A stretch of DNA of 63,897 nucleotides, counting the filler, from Rhizaria sp. SCN 62-66 (Eukaryota), in assembly GCA_001724265.1 (NCBI GenBank). It is 3 parts of 3 records of this genome, joined end to end, with 100 filler letters (N's around TTAATTAATTAA, not from the genome) between each part and the next. Parts side by side here need not be neighbours in the genome. Positions count along the whole stretch, not along the records: positions 46,013 to 63,897 come from MEDY01000479.1; 2 more parts are not named here. The stretch is one strand, 5' to 3'. Of this stretch, positions 47,296-58,159 are shown piece after piece (the first letter of the stretch is position 1; each line of letters begins with the position of its first letter). The notes beneath the pieces were generated by a model. It saw only the letters and a program-made list of their open reading frames with translations. It did no database searches and had not been told where the DNA came from. A program made the translations under genes and the position numbers.

Positions 47296-49068
47296 ATGAG
47301 CGACCCCAAGGACGACCTGCCGCCGCCGCTGGAGGACCTGTCTTCCGTGATCGCGCAGCGCAAACAAGCGCGCGCCGAGGCAGAAACGGTGCCGGTGTTG
47401 CCGCGCGTGCTCGACGCCGACGAGGACACGTTGCACGCCGCGCGCGTCGCCGCCATCCAGGCCGCGATTCAAAAGCCTGCAGCCGTTACGGCCCCTGCCG
47501 CGGCCGCCAAGCCCCCGGCGAATGCGAGTGCGGCTGCGGCGCAGACCCCCGCGGCGACCAGTGCGGCCAAGCCGAAGCCCGCAGCCCCCGCGGCGGCCAC
47601 GGCGGCTGCGGCTGCGGCGCAGGACGACGACGACATGTTTCCTGGTCTGCGCGCCGCCTTCCTTCGGCGGCAACAGGCGCAGAAGAAAGCGAAGGCCGCC
47701 GCCGCCGCCGCTGGCTCTGGGACTGGGACTGCGACGACTACGAGTGCGACAAGCAAGAGTGTTCCTAAGCCTGCTGCCGCCGCTACAAACGCCACCAAAC
47801 CGACGTCTGCGTCTGCCTCTGCCTCTGCAGCGGACGCGGACATCCCCTTCATCCGCGGCGACCCGAAGGCGGCCGCGACAGCCGCGGCGGCGGGCATGCA
47901 GCCGGCGCTGGCGGCGGCCGTGGGCGCCTCGGCGCGCGACGGGTGGCTCACGGGCGGGCTGCTGGGGGCGGTCCGCGGCAGCGAGGCACTCATGCGCGGA
48001 CTCGCCGACCCGCGGCTTGCGGCCGCGGTCGCCGAGATCCAGCGCGACCCCGCGCGCGCGATGGCCAAGTACAAGGACGACAAGGAGGTTACAGACTTCT
48101 TCCAGAGCTGGGTCCAGTTCATGGCTCAGCAGGCCGGCGCGCCAATGACGCCGCAGTCGACGGAGAGTGCCAGTGTCAGTGCTAGTAAGGGCAAGAGCAC
48201 TGGCGCTGCGGCGACTTCAAGCACGAATTCAAGTGCGAGTACCGGCGCGGGTACCGACAGTTCAAGCACGAGTACTACCAAGAGTGCCAGTGTGAAGTTG
48301 GACGTGCTTTCAGCGCGCGCCGAGGCCGCCGCGGTCGACGACGCTGCGGGCTTTACCATCCGCCCCCGCACAGTCACCAAGACTGGCGCCGCGGCCGCGG
48401 CGGCGACGACGACAGGGACTAGCAGCCGCCACGCGAGTGGGAATGGGAAGAGTTCGATCAGCATCGTCGAAGTCGACGACGACGAAGCTGGTCTCGACTC
48501 CATGGGCACGGACAAGAGCAAGGGCCAGGGCCAAGGCAAGGACGCGGAGGGCAGCGGCTCTAGCTCCAAGATCCAGCTGCTTGACGACGACGACGCCGCT
48601 GCCGCTGCCGCCGCAGCCAAGAAGCAACAGCAGCAGAAGCAGCAACAGAAGTCAGTCAAAGGCAGCGCCAGCGCCAGCGCCGACAGCGGCCAAGACGACG
48701 GCGGCCTGTCTGTGGTGCGGACGCGGGCGCGGACGGCGACGCCCGCGGCCGCCGCCGCCGCCGCCGCCGCGGGCGCCGCGGCCGAGGCCGACAGTCTGGA
48801 CTTCAACGGTCGGCGCGTGCCGCGCGCGCAGCTGGCGGCGTGGCTTTCGCATCCGCCGCTGCGCGCCGCGCTGTCGGACCCCGCGACGGGGCGGCTGCTC
48901 GACGCCATCAGGCAGGACGAGACCCGCTTCCCGCTCGCGCTCAAGGACCCGCGCGGGCTGTTGCTCGTGCGCGCGGGCATTCTCGCAGTGCCGGAGCGCT
49001 TCGCGGCCCTCGCCCAGCAAGCCCTTGCCCAGCAGCAGCAGCAGCAGCAGGGCGGTGCCGGTAAGTGA
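47296..49068 (+). CDS. STI1/HOP-DP repeat-containing protein, 590 aa
   Basis: LMRGLADPRLAAAVAEIQRDPARAMAKYKDDKEV and LRAALSDPATGRLLDAIRQD...LKDPR resemble STI1 DP motifs. TGA stop. Confidence 0.7.
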   Translation: MSDPKDDLPPPLEDLSSVIAQRKQARAEAETVPVLPRVLDADEDTLHAARVAAIQAAIQKPAAVTAPAAAAKPPANASAAAAQTPAATSAAKPKPAAPAAATAAAAAAQDDDDMFPGLRAAFLRRQQAQKKAKAAAAAAGSGTGTATTTSATSKSVPKPAAAATNATKPTSASASASAADADIPFIRGDPKAAATAAAAGMQPALAAAVGASARDGWLTGGLLGAVRGSEALMRGLADPRLAAAVAEIQRDPARAMAKYKDDKEVTDFFQSWVQFMAQQAGAPMTPQSTESASVSASKGKSTGAAATSSTNSSASTGAGTDSSSTSTTKSASVKLDVLSARAEAAAVDDAAGFTIRPRTVTKTGAAAAAATTTGTSSRHASGNGKSSISIVEVDDDEAGLDSMGTDKSKGQGQGKDAEGSGSSSKIQLLDDDDAAAAAAAAKKQQQQKQQQKSVKGSASASADSGQDDGGLSVVRTRARTATPAAAAAAAAAGAAAEADSLDFNGRRVPRAQLAAWLSHPPLRAALSDPATGRLLDAIRQDETRFPLALKDPRGLLLVRAGILAVPERFAALAQQALAQQQQQQQGGAGK

Positions 49069-49861
49069 GACTGGCTGCGACTGTGTGCAGACGGCGGACC
49101 GAAGAGTGTGTGTGTGTTTGCGCATTTGTGTGTTGTGTGGTCAGGGTGGATCCTTTTGAGGAGAGATGTGTACGTATATATTTATTGAACTTTTTTATGT
49201 GATCACATCACCGTATCATCACACTCTTTTTTTTAGTCGACGTGGTTACTTGTACCGATACAATAGTTTAATTTTCGTCATCAAAGTTGTCTCGACTATG
49301 AACAAATGAGCAATGAGCACTGTAGTAGTTTTGCTGAAGTGTTGAATCGAACAATGTACAAAATTGAGTGTTTGTGTGTATTAACCCCCAGCTGTGCATA
49401 CGTACACGGCGGAAGCGAATGACTGTTCAAGTGAACAAACAAACGGAAAGAAAACAAAAGAGTGAAAATGGAACAAGAACGAAAACAAGAAGAAAAGGCA
49501 GGAGAAAAGACTCCGGACAGAAATAGCTAGATAGCAAGAGGATGTTTTCAAACAAAACAAAACAAAACAAAAACAGCATGAGTATCCATCACCCTCAAAA
49601 AGCCCAACAATAATAACAAACATCAACCTCGCAGAGATACCAGCACCGTTGTCATAAAAATGCATCGTGGTCAGCTGCCTTGTGGTCAGCAAAACTAAAG
49701 TGCTTCGTACAATCCAATGCAACTGATCTGGTCTGATCTGAGCGTCCTTGTGTTCACGTATCGTTGGACTTAACGGTGGCTTAACTTATATTGACTGGGC
49801 TTAGCAGCTTAGCTTCGCAGCAATAGCGGCTTAACTTTGCGGCCTAACTTTGCGTCTTAAC

Positions 49862-49909
49862 TTAGCGCCTGACGAAGCCGCGGTTGCGCGCGCCGATGCC
49901 CCCGTTGGC

Positions 49910-49941
<32 letters not shown>

Positions 49942-51409
49942 CGCCGGCGCCGGCCGCGCTGCCGGCCGAGCTGCTGGCCCCGGGCGCCTGCCCCACAAGC
50001 CCGATCGGCGTGTTACCGCCGCCCGCCGCGCCCGCCGCGCCCGCCGCGCCGGCCGAGACTGTGCCCGCGGCGCCGGAGCCCGCGGCGGCTGAGCCCGCGG
50101 GCGCGAAGGAGGAGGCTGAGAGGGCGGGCCGCCAGAAGGGCGGGCGGTCAGCGCCGCCCGCGCCCCCCGCGCCCGCACGGTCGGCCTCGGCGGCCGAGCC
50201 GACGCCCGCGCCCGCGGTGGACGCGGAGGCGGAGGCGGAGGGCGCGGCCGCGGGCGGCAGGCGCATGAGCGAGCCCCCGCCCGGGGTCTGATAATGGGTC
50301 GGCGAGTACAGCCCGCCGCCGCCGCCGCTGCCGTCGTCGTCCTGGCCCGGGCCGCCGAGCCCGCCCAGGCCCCCGTAGGCCGGGTGGAAAGGCGCCGCCG
50401 CGCGCGCGGCCGCCGCGCCGCCGGGCGTGGCGCCGCCGGAGAGGCCCTGGCTCTGGAAGCCGCCGCCGCCGTGGTGGTGTTGCTGCGAAGGGTGGTGCGG
50501 GCCGTAGGGGGAGAAGCCGCCGGCGAGGCCGCCGAGGCCGCCGCCGAGGCCGCCGCCCAGCCCTCCGCCGCCGCCGCCGCCGCCGCCGAGGAGCAGGCCG
50601 CCGCCGCCGGCCGCGAGCTGCGCGGCCGCGTGGGCCGAGTGAGACGAAGGCGTGAAGATGGGCGCCGAGGCCGAGACCGTGGTGTTGGGCAGCGCGGAGC
50701 CGCCGGGCGTGGCGGCCACGGCCGAGGCGGCGCCCGCGGGCGCGTGCGTGGGCGAGTCGTCCTCTGGCGGGTTGATTGACCAGATGATGCGCGACGAAGT
50801 CGTCAGCAGCGCTCCGTTGCGCACCTTGACCTCGCCGGGGTTGATGAACATCACCTGGTCGCGCACGTGCGTCAGCAGCTTCTCAACGTCGGGCAGCGCC
50901 GCCGCGGCCGCGGCCGCCGCGAGCGCGGGGTCCATGCGCAGGTCGAACGAGAGAGAGCGGAAGCCGCTGCCGCGCATGATCTCGCCCGGGTACCAGTGGT
51001 CGCGGTAGCGGCGCCGCAGCTCCTCGCGCAGCGCGGCCTCAAACTCGTCCAGGCGCTCCACCTCGGGGTGCTTGTTGCGGATCTGCGTCGCCCACCACTC
51101 GGCGGCGTCTGCAGGCACGAGTACAATGTGCAGGTTTGCATATGCAATTGGTATCGATCAAGCAAGGACAACAGAGAGCGAGGGGAAGACGTGGGTAGAG
51201 GTGAGACGGGGACAGAAACGGGGCGTTCGAGAGATAGAGAGATAAGGATGGCTGCAGCACAGCGAACGAGAGCGTGCGCGCGCGTGCACGGTGGCAGAGG
51301 CGACTAACGACGTTGACGCGAGGTATAAAAATTGATAGTGTAGGAACTGGGAGGACGAGAGAAACGTACATCTAACCTCCGTCTCAAGCGGGGTGTGCTT
51401 TGTGTCCAT
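49862..51409 (-). CDS. BTG/Tob (APRO) family protein with a Gly/Ala-rich tail; exons 51409-51370, 51108-49862; 428 aa
   Basis: Box A-like RYRDHWYPGEIMRGSGFRSL and box B-like MFINPGEVKVR. SASAPIFTP resembles a PAM2 core. GTACGT...CAG intron in phase; TAA stop. Confidence 0.88.
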
Positions 51410-52624
51410 GGTGTGCGGGCCAAGTTGTGTCAGAGAGGGCAGGCACGAGTCGGAAAAGCGTCAAACTGCGCCGCAGCACCCCGGAAGAGGCAAGTTGTTG
51501 TGGGAGGGCGAGGGCAAAACAGCTTCGATGAGATTTGACGTCGAAAACCCAGGGGAAAATCACCGTCACTAGAGGCGAGAGCAATGAAAATAGATTCTAG
51601 AAAGGCGCAAATGCTCAAACCGATCACTCCTGTAATCGCAGTGTTCACACACAAGACACCACGCAACGACGAAGAATGTGTGGACAAGATCGCCCCGAAA
51701 GCCAATCCGAAAAGATTTGATTTTTTGGGAACCGGCTCTGTTCCACAGCCCGCACTACATCACGACCATAAACTGTCCCATATGGACCATTAAGCTTGCC
51801 CAACGCACAATTGAACGTGTTATTGCGTATATCCTGGTGATTTTTATATTTGGTCATTCTTGCATTGCTATTCAACCCAATTTATATCTCACACATGAGC
51901 CTCCCCCGACTCTTCGTTCGTTGCACCACAGCGTCTGCATGACTCTAAGTTGCACGCGCACGCGTACTCTCCGCGGATGTGTCTTGCTACACCTTTGCAC
52001 TTGAAATATTAGCATTGTCTTGATTTTATCAATCACTTTTGAGGCTTTGCTAGGTTTTGAAGAGCGGTGACCGCTCTCAGTCGCACTGCGGCGCCGTCTG
52101 TCAATTAGTAACGCTTTGTTCGCCACTCCGGTCGCAGACTCCGCCAGACGCCGTGACGCCTTCTCTGCAAACAGGCGGCAGTGAAACAATCGCGGCAGAC
52201 CTTGGAAGCACTGATTTCATGCATGCTTGCTCGTTGCTGCTTCTGCACCAGGTTGAGTCTCTCCCTGTGTTAATCGCTAACATTGCACATTGCCTACAAA
52301 GCAACACTGTCACGAGACGCACATCATGCTCAATTGGTCTAAAAAATTGTCTATATTGCGAAAACTAAGCGATTCTATCTTGTTTTTGTGGGCCTCAGCG
52401 CTTCAGTCAGCGCCCGCCTTGGACGGCAGCGACCGTGGAGAACGGGATCGTCACACAGGACGATGGCAGTCTTTTTAAAAGGAACTCTCTGACTTAAAGT
52501 TCATCGTAACTTATCTTAACACTTTTATAAATTGTTACAAAACAACTTAAATTGTACAATTAATTTGTTTTGTGCGCCGTCTGCAGCCACTGGCTTCGCC
52601 CTAAGCCAGTCCAGGTTCCTTGTG

Positions 52625-55600
52625 ATGGAAGAAGCTCGCTCGCCGCTTCGTTCTCTTAACGGCCGCGCGCCTCGCTCCAGTCCCGGCTCAACCAAGTCGC
52701 GTCCGCCTCCTCCCGCTATGTCTCAGCCGCCGCAGTCCTCGGAAAACGACGAGAACCACTCCGAGCGAAACCGCGCGATCCTGCCGCTGTCGCTCTTCTC
52801 GCCCCCGCGCGGCGGCGACCCCGCGCTGTCCCCGCTCTCGGCGCTCTACCCGGCCCTCCCGCCCGGCGCCGCCGCGCCCGCAGACACACCTGGGCCCGCT
52901 GCTGGCTATGTCTCGCAGGCGTCCTGTGCGCTGACAGTTGACGCCTTCGCCGACGCCGCGCACACGGAGTCGCGGCTACTGCCCGTCCTCCCCACGCCCA
53001 CCGCGGCCACGGGCACCGCGGCGTCGGCCGCGTACGGTGCGGCGCCGGGCTCTGCGCCTGGCTCTGCGCGCGCGTTTGCGCCCATTGGTACGCCGCGCCT
53101 GCTCTCGCGGCCATCCCTCTCCAGCTCAAGCCTCAGCGCCTCCGCCAGCTCGAGCGCGGTCCAGTCCGCGGTGCACTCTGCGGTGCACTCGGCCATCCAC
53201 TCGGCGGCACCGTCGGCCCCCGCGTCCCCAGGCATCGGCGCGCTGCTGGCGCCCGCCGCGGCCGCGCTGCACACGCCCTCCGCGGCGGCGCCGTCAGCTG
53301 ACGGCGCGCAGTCCCTGTCGCAGTCCCTGTCACAGTCGCTGCAGCAGGCGATGCTCACACAGCCGCAGCTCCGACTGCAGCCGCAGACGCTGTTTCCGTC
53401 GCAGCAGACGCCGCTAGGGTCGCTGCAGCAGCAGTACGAGCAGCAGTTTTTGCAGCATAAACAGCAACAACAGCAACAACAACAACAGCAGCAGCAGCAG
53501 CAGCAGCAACTTTTGCAGCTGCAGCAGCCGCTGTTGTTTCCTCCGTCGACTTCATCATCACTGCCGACAGCGACAGATGTTGACGTCGGGCTGCTGAGTC
53601 AGCAGCTGGCTGGCGGCTTAACTTTCCACAGCGCAGTATTTCCCTTTCCTTCGCCCTCGACAGCTACAGCAGCAGCAGCAGCAGCAGCAGCATCAGCATC
53701 AGCGTCAGCGTCGGACAACACGAACGCTCACACTGGTGTCGGCGCCGCGTTTTCGTTTCTGCCGCAGCAGTCTCAAACGCCTGCAGCAGCGAATGCGACA
53801 CTCGCGGGCACGCAGGCAGCAGCAGCAGCAGCGTCGCCGATTACGCCGGCGCAACAGCTGCAGCAGCTGCAGCCGCGGCAGCAGAAGCAGTCGCGCTCAC
53901 GCTCGCAGTCTTCGCAGTCTCAGGCTTCGCAAGCGCAGTCCCAAGCCTCTCAGTCGCAGTCCTCGCAGTCGCACCAGTCGCGACGGTCCCGGCACTCGCA
54001 CGAGGCGCAGCCGGAATCGCAACAGCCCCAGAAACAGCAGCCCCGCGAAGAGCGGGAGCGCGGGCAGCAGCCAGGGCAGCAGCAAGCGCAGGCGCAGACG
54101 CAGGGGCAGACGCAGGGGCAGCGACTGCGGCAGCGGCAGCGAGGGACGACGGACACGGGCTCCGACACGGGCGCTGGCGCGGGCGCGGGCGCTGGGACGT
54201 GGCCGGACGCTGGCGCGATGAGCACGAGCAGCCGCAGCAGCCGCAGTAGCCGCAGCAGCAGGAGCAGCAGGAGCGGGGGCGGGGGCGGGAGCGGCAATGG
54301 CAACGGCAGCGGCAGCGGCAAGACTGAGGGCAGCAAGCGCAGCGGCGGCGATCGCCACGCTGCTCACGGTCACACTGCTCACGGTCATCACCCTGCTCAC
54401 GGTCATCACCCTGCTCACGGTCATCACCCTGCTCACGGTCACCACACTGCGCACGATCACACTGCGCACGGTCACTCGAGGCACAGTCCCCGCAGCCAGG
54501 CTAGCCGCCACGCCCACGGTCACGCCCACGGTCACGCCCACGGTCACAGTCAAGCTTCCGACTACAGCCACGGCCACGGCGCTCACTTCGCCGCCGCGCC
54601 CCCGGCCGGGCCGCGCAGTCGCAGCGGCGACTGGCCCCCCGAGTTCGACCTCGTCGACTCGGCGGGGCTCGAGTCCGCGGCGCTGGCCGCGAGCACACAC
54701 GCGCACGGCTCGAGCGCGGGCGCGGAGCTGCACGACACCAGCATGGGCACCGATGGGGGCCTGAGCGCGGGCGCGGGCAGCAGCCTCAACGTCAGCGGTA
54801 GCAGCGTCAACGTTAGCGGCAGCAGCGGCCTCAGCCACGACTCGGCAGCGTACGGCCGCACGCTCGACCACAGCCAACACGTCCGCGGTCACGGTCACGG
54901 CCAAGGCCACGGCCACGGCCAGGGCCAGGACCAGGGGCTCGGTCTGAGCGTCGGCGGCAACTGGCTCTGGGACATGCCGCTGTCGATGCCGTCGCCGTCG
55001 TTGGCGCAGCCCCTGCTGGCCCAGGCGTCACTGCTTTCGCACCCGCAGCAGCTGCCCGGCGCGGCCTCGCTGCTCCCGGTCATTCCGGCCTCTTTGTTCG
55101 ACGAGTCGCCGCGTCTCGCGATGGCACCGGCGACTGCGCCGGTGCCCACGATTGTGCCCGCGGCCGGCGACGTCAGCGGCCGCACCGCGCACCCCCCGTA
55201 TTCGCACTCGCACGGTCACGCGCACGGCCACGCGCACGGCCACGCGCAGCACGCGCACAGCCACGCCCACGCCCACGCCCACAGCCACGCTCAGCGGCCG
55301 CTCGCGCACGCGACCGGCGTCCAGGGGCTCGCGCACGCCGCGGCGTTTGTGCCCGCCAGCCTCCAGAGCCCAGCGCACGGCGGCCAGGGCTACAGCATCC
55401 AGCAGCAGCAGCAGCAGCCATCGCCGTCGTCGTCGGTGGTGCTCATGCGGCCGCCCCGCGCCGCGCGCCCCGGCCTCGACCACGGCCCCAGTCCCAGTCT
55501 GACTCTCGGACCCCGTCTCGGGCCCGGCCAGCAGGGCCCCGCGCCCAGCCCCTTCCCGCCGCTGCCCTCCTCGGGCGCTGGCGCTGCCGCCGGCGCTGGC

Positions 55601-57601
55601 GGTGGAAACGGCGTTGGCAGCGGGAGCTTAGGCGCGTTTTCTTTCTTCGCGCCGAGCCCGAGCCCGGCGAGCGCTACTGGAAACGCGAGCGCGGCTGCGA
55701 GCTCGGCTGCGAGCGCGAGCGGTGCCGCGACGCCGCTGCCCCTCGGCGCGGGCTCCAGCCGGCGCACGAGCCACGCGGCCGACGCGGCCGACGCGCTGCT
55801 GCGCGCGCTGGCGCTGCGCAAGGGGCTCGCGGGCCTGGCGGCCCTCGCGCACACCGCCGCGGACGGCGGCGCAGACGGCGGTGCAGACAGGGACGGGGAC
55901 ATGGACAGGGACAGTCAGAGCGCGAGTGTGAGTGCGAGCGTGCGCGAGGCGGCGCGCGCGGCGGCGCGGGCGGGGTTCCTGTACGTCGTCTCGGTGGTGC
56001 CCGGCTCGGCGGCTGCGCTGGGCGCAGCCAACAACGGGACCGTGGCCGGCCACGGCTACGACAGCGACGACTGTTACGAGGACGACGAGGACGACGGCGA
56101 CGACTACTACGCCGACAGCGACGGCGACGCGCTTGACTATGACGATGATGAGGAGCACAACTACGACATTGATCATGACGGCTTTGGCTACAATGATGAC
56201 GCCAACGACAACGATTACGACGGCGCAAGCTTCGGCGACATCGACACCGGTCCGCAAAGTCAAGGTGGCAGCTACAGCAAGAGCACTAGAGCCGGCGACT
56301 TCGACGGCGACGCCGACAACGCCAACTCGAACATCTCGAACATCTACAACGCTAACTCGCTCTCGCACAATGCGGGAGCAAGTGCGAGCACCAGTGCGAG
56401 CGACGCGGCGACCGTGGCGGAGCTACTGCGGGCCGTTGCGGCCGCGGAGACGACGGTAGCCGCCGCGCCCAGCGCCGCCGCCGCGGCCGCCGCGAGCGCG
56501 GCCGTTGCGGCGGCGTCGGCCGCGCTGGCGGCGCTGCCGCTCTCGCGCCAGGGGCTGCGGCCCGGAGACGTGGTGCTCAAGTTCGGCCGCCTGCGCGCGG
56601 GCGCGGGCCCCGGCGCGTGCGCGCACGGCGGCGACGGCGGCGACTTGTGCGGCTGCGTGCTGCGCTACGGCGGCGACTGGCGCGCTGTCGCAGGCTACGT
56701 CCGCGACCGGCCCGGCGTCGCCTTCGACATCGTGGTACGCGACGACAGCGAGCTGTGCGCAATATATCTTGTATATTGCCTTCGTTGACTTCACATATGT
56801 GAGTATATTTCAATCTTTTTCTTTATTTCGGTGTTGTTGATCCCCAATATGATCTGCTCATATCTTCGTCTCACTCGTCGCACTCGCTTACAACACTGTC
56901 TTGTCCCCACCCCTGTATTGCGCACGTAGCTGCTCCGCTATGCGCGGCCGCCGCCCTCGCTGGCTCAGCTGCTGTCGCAACCGTTAGAGCCGCAGACAGC
57001 CTCGGCCTCGCGCCGCTCGAGCCGTAGTCACGGCCAGCAGCAGCCGCAGCAGCAGCAGCAGTCTCGACAGTCTCGCGGCAGCGGCAGCGGCAGCGGCAGC
57101 GGCAGCGGCGGCGGCAGTGGCAGCGGCGGCGTTGACGCTGCGGCCGCCGGAGCGCGCCCCTTCTCCCGCTCGCGCTCGCGCTCAGGCTCGCGCTCAGGCT
57201 CAGGCTTAGGCTCAGGCTCCGGCGCGCGCGCGCAGCACGAGAGCAGTCACGCACGCAGCAATCATGCTCGCAGCGGCCACGCTCGCAGCGGCGGGGGCGG
57301 CGGCGGAGGCGGCGCGGCGTGGGCGCGGGCGGTGCGCGTGCGCGTGACGCCGCTGCGGTCCGCGTCGACGAGCTACGCGACAGCCGCGGCGGCGCGCGCG
57401 GGCGAGCCCTGCGACCCGAGTCCCGCGGCCGCGGCGCCGGGCGCGAGGCACGCGGGCGCGGCGGGCGCGCTGGGCTGCGTGCTCGCGGACTGGCCGCCCG
57501 CGCGCAAGACCGTCGACCTCATCGTGCAGTCCGTGCCAACCGCCGGGAGCGCGGCGGGCACGACCACCTCCATTTCTCAGCAATAGACGCCCCGGTTCTG
57601 A
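52625..57601 (+). CDS. Large low-complexity protein ending in a fragmented PSMD9/Nas2-type PDZ domain; exons 52625-56734, 56930-57601; internal TAG at 57584-57586
   Basis: PDZ pieces in the expected order: FLYVVSVVPGSAA, GLRPGDVVLKFG, AFDIV|LLR, VRVRVTP, GALGCVL. Phase-0 GTACGC...TAG intron. Ends SQQ(TAG)TPRF then TGA; under the standard code it would end at 57586. Confidence 0.7.
54375..54441 (+). repeat. 18-bp tandem repeat (CTGCTCACGGTCATCACC) x3.7 encoding AHGHHP units
   Basis: Three perfect copies plus a partial copy, read directly. Confidence 0.9.
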
Positions 57602-58159
57602 TGGCATTCTCGAGTGATATTCTCTGATTTTGGTGTGCATAACGAAATAAATTATACATAATAACCCATTGTTTTCTGAACAAACAAGTTTAATTCAATT
57701 TAGCTTTGTTTCAAGCCAGCTTTAAGTGAAATGTGCAAAGCCTTGGTCATTTTCAGGAACTGGCTTGGTTCTGTCAGACGGCGGCTTGACTTCAATCAAG
57801 ATTCGCGGCCGACCCCAACCAACAGACCGACCGGCCTGAGCCTCCCCGTTTCGCGATGAAAAAATCTCTTGAGTGCGCTACAGCGAAGACAGTAGAAACT
57901 CAAAGCACAATACGAACGTTGAGTGGGTGTTCTTAAAGTTGTTTTTATTTTCTTTTGTCTCTGTTGACTCTATTTGGTGACGCTTTGGGGGACTCAAAAG
58001 CTGGCGACGAGGCCGCAGTTTTGGGCTCCGTCATCATCGACCCTCTTTGCGAAGTGTTTGTGCGCTCTTGCCTTGTCTGTTTTTCTTCGCACACTCTCAC
58101 ACTATATTGTCTTGTGTTTCTTCCTTCTTTTCAATTCCTCTTTTCTCTAGACACCGAAT

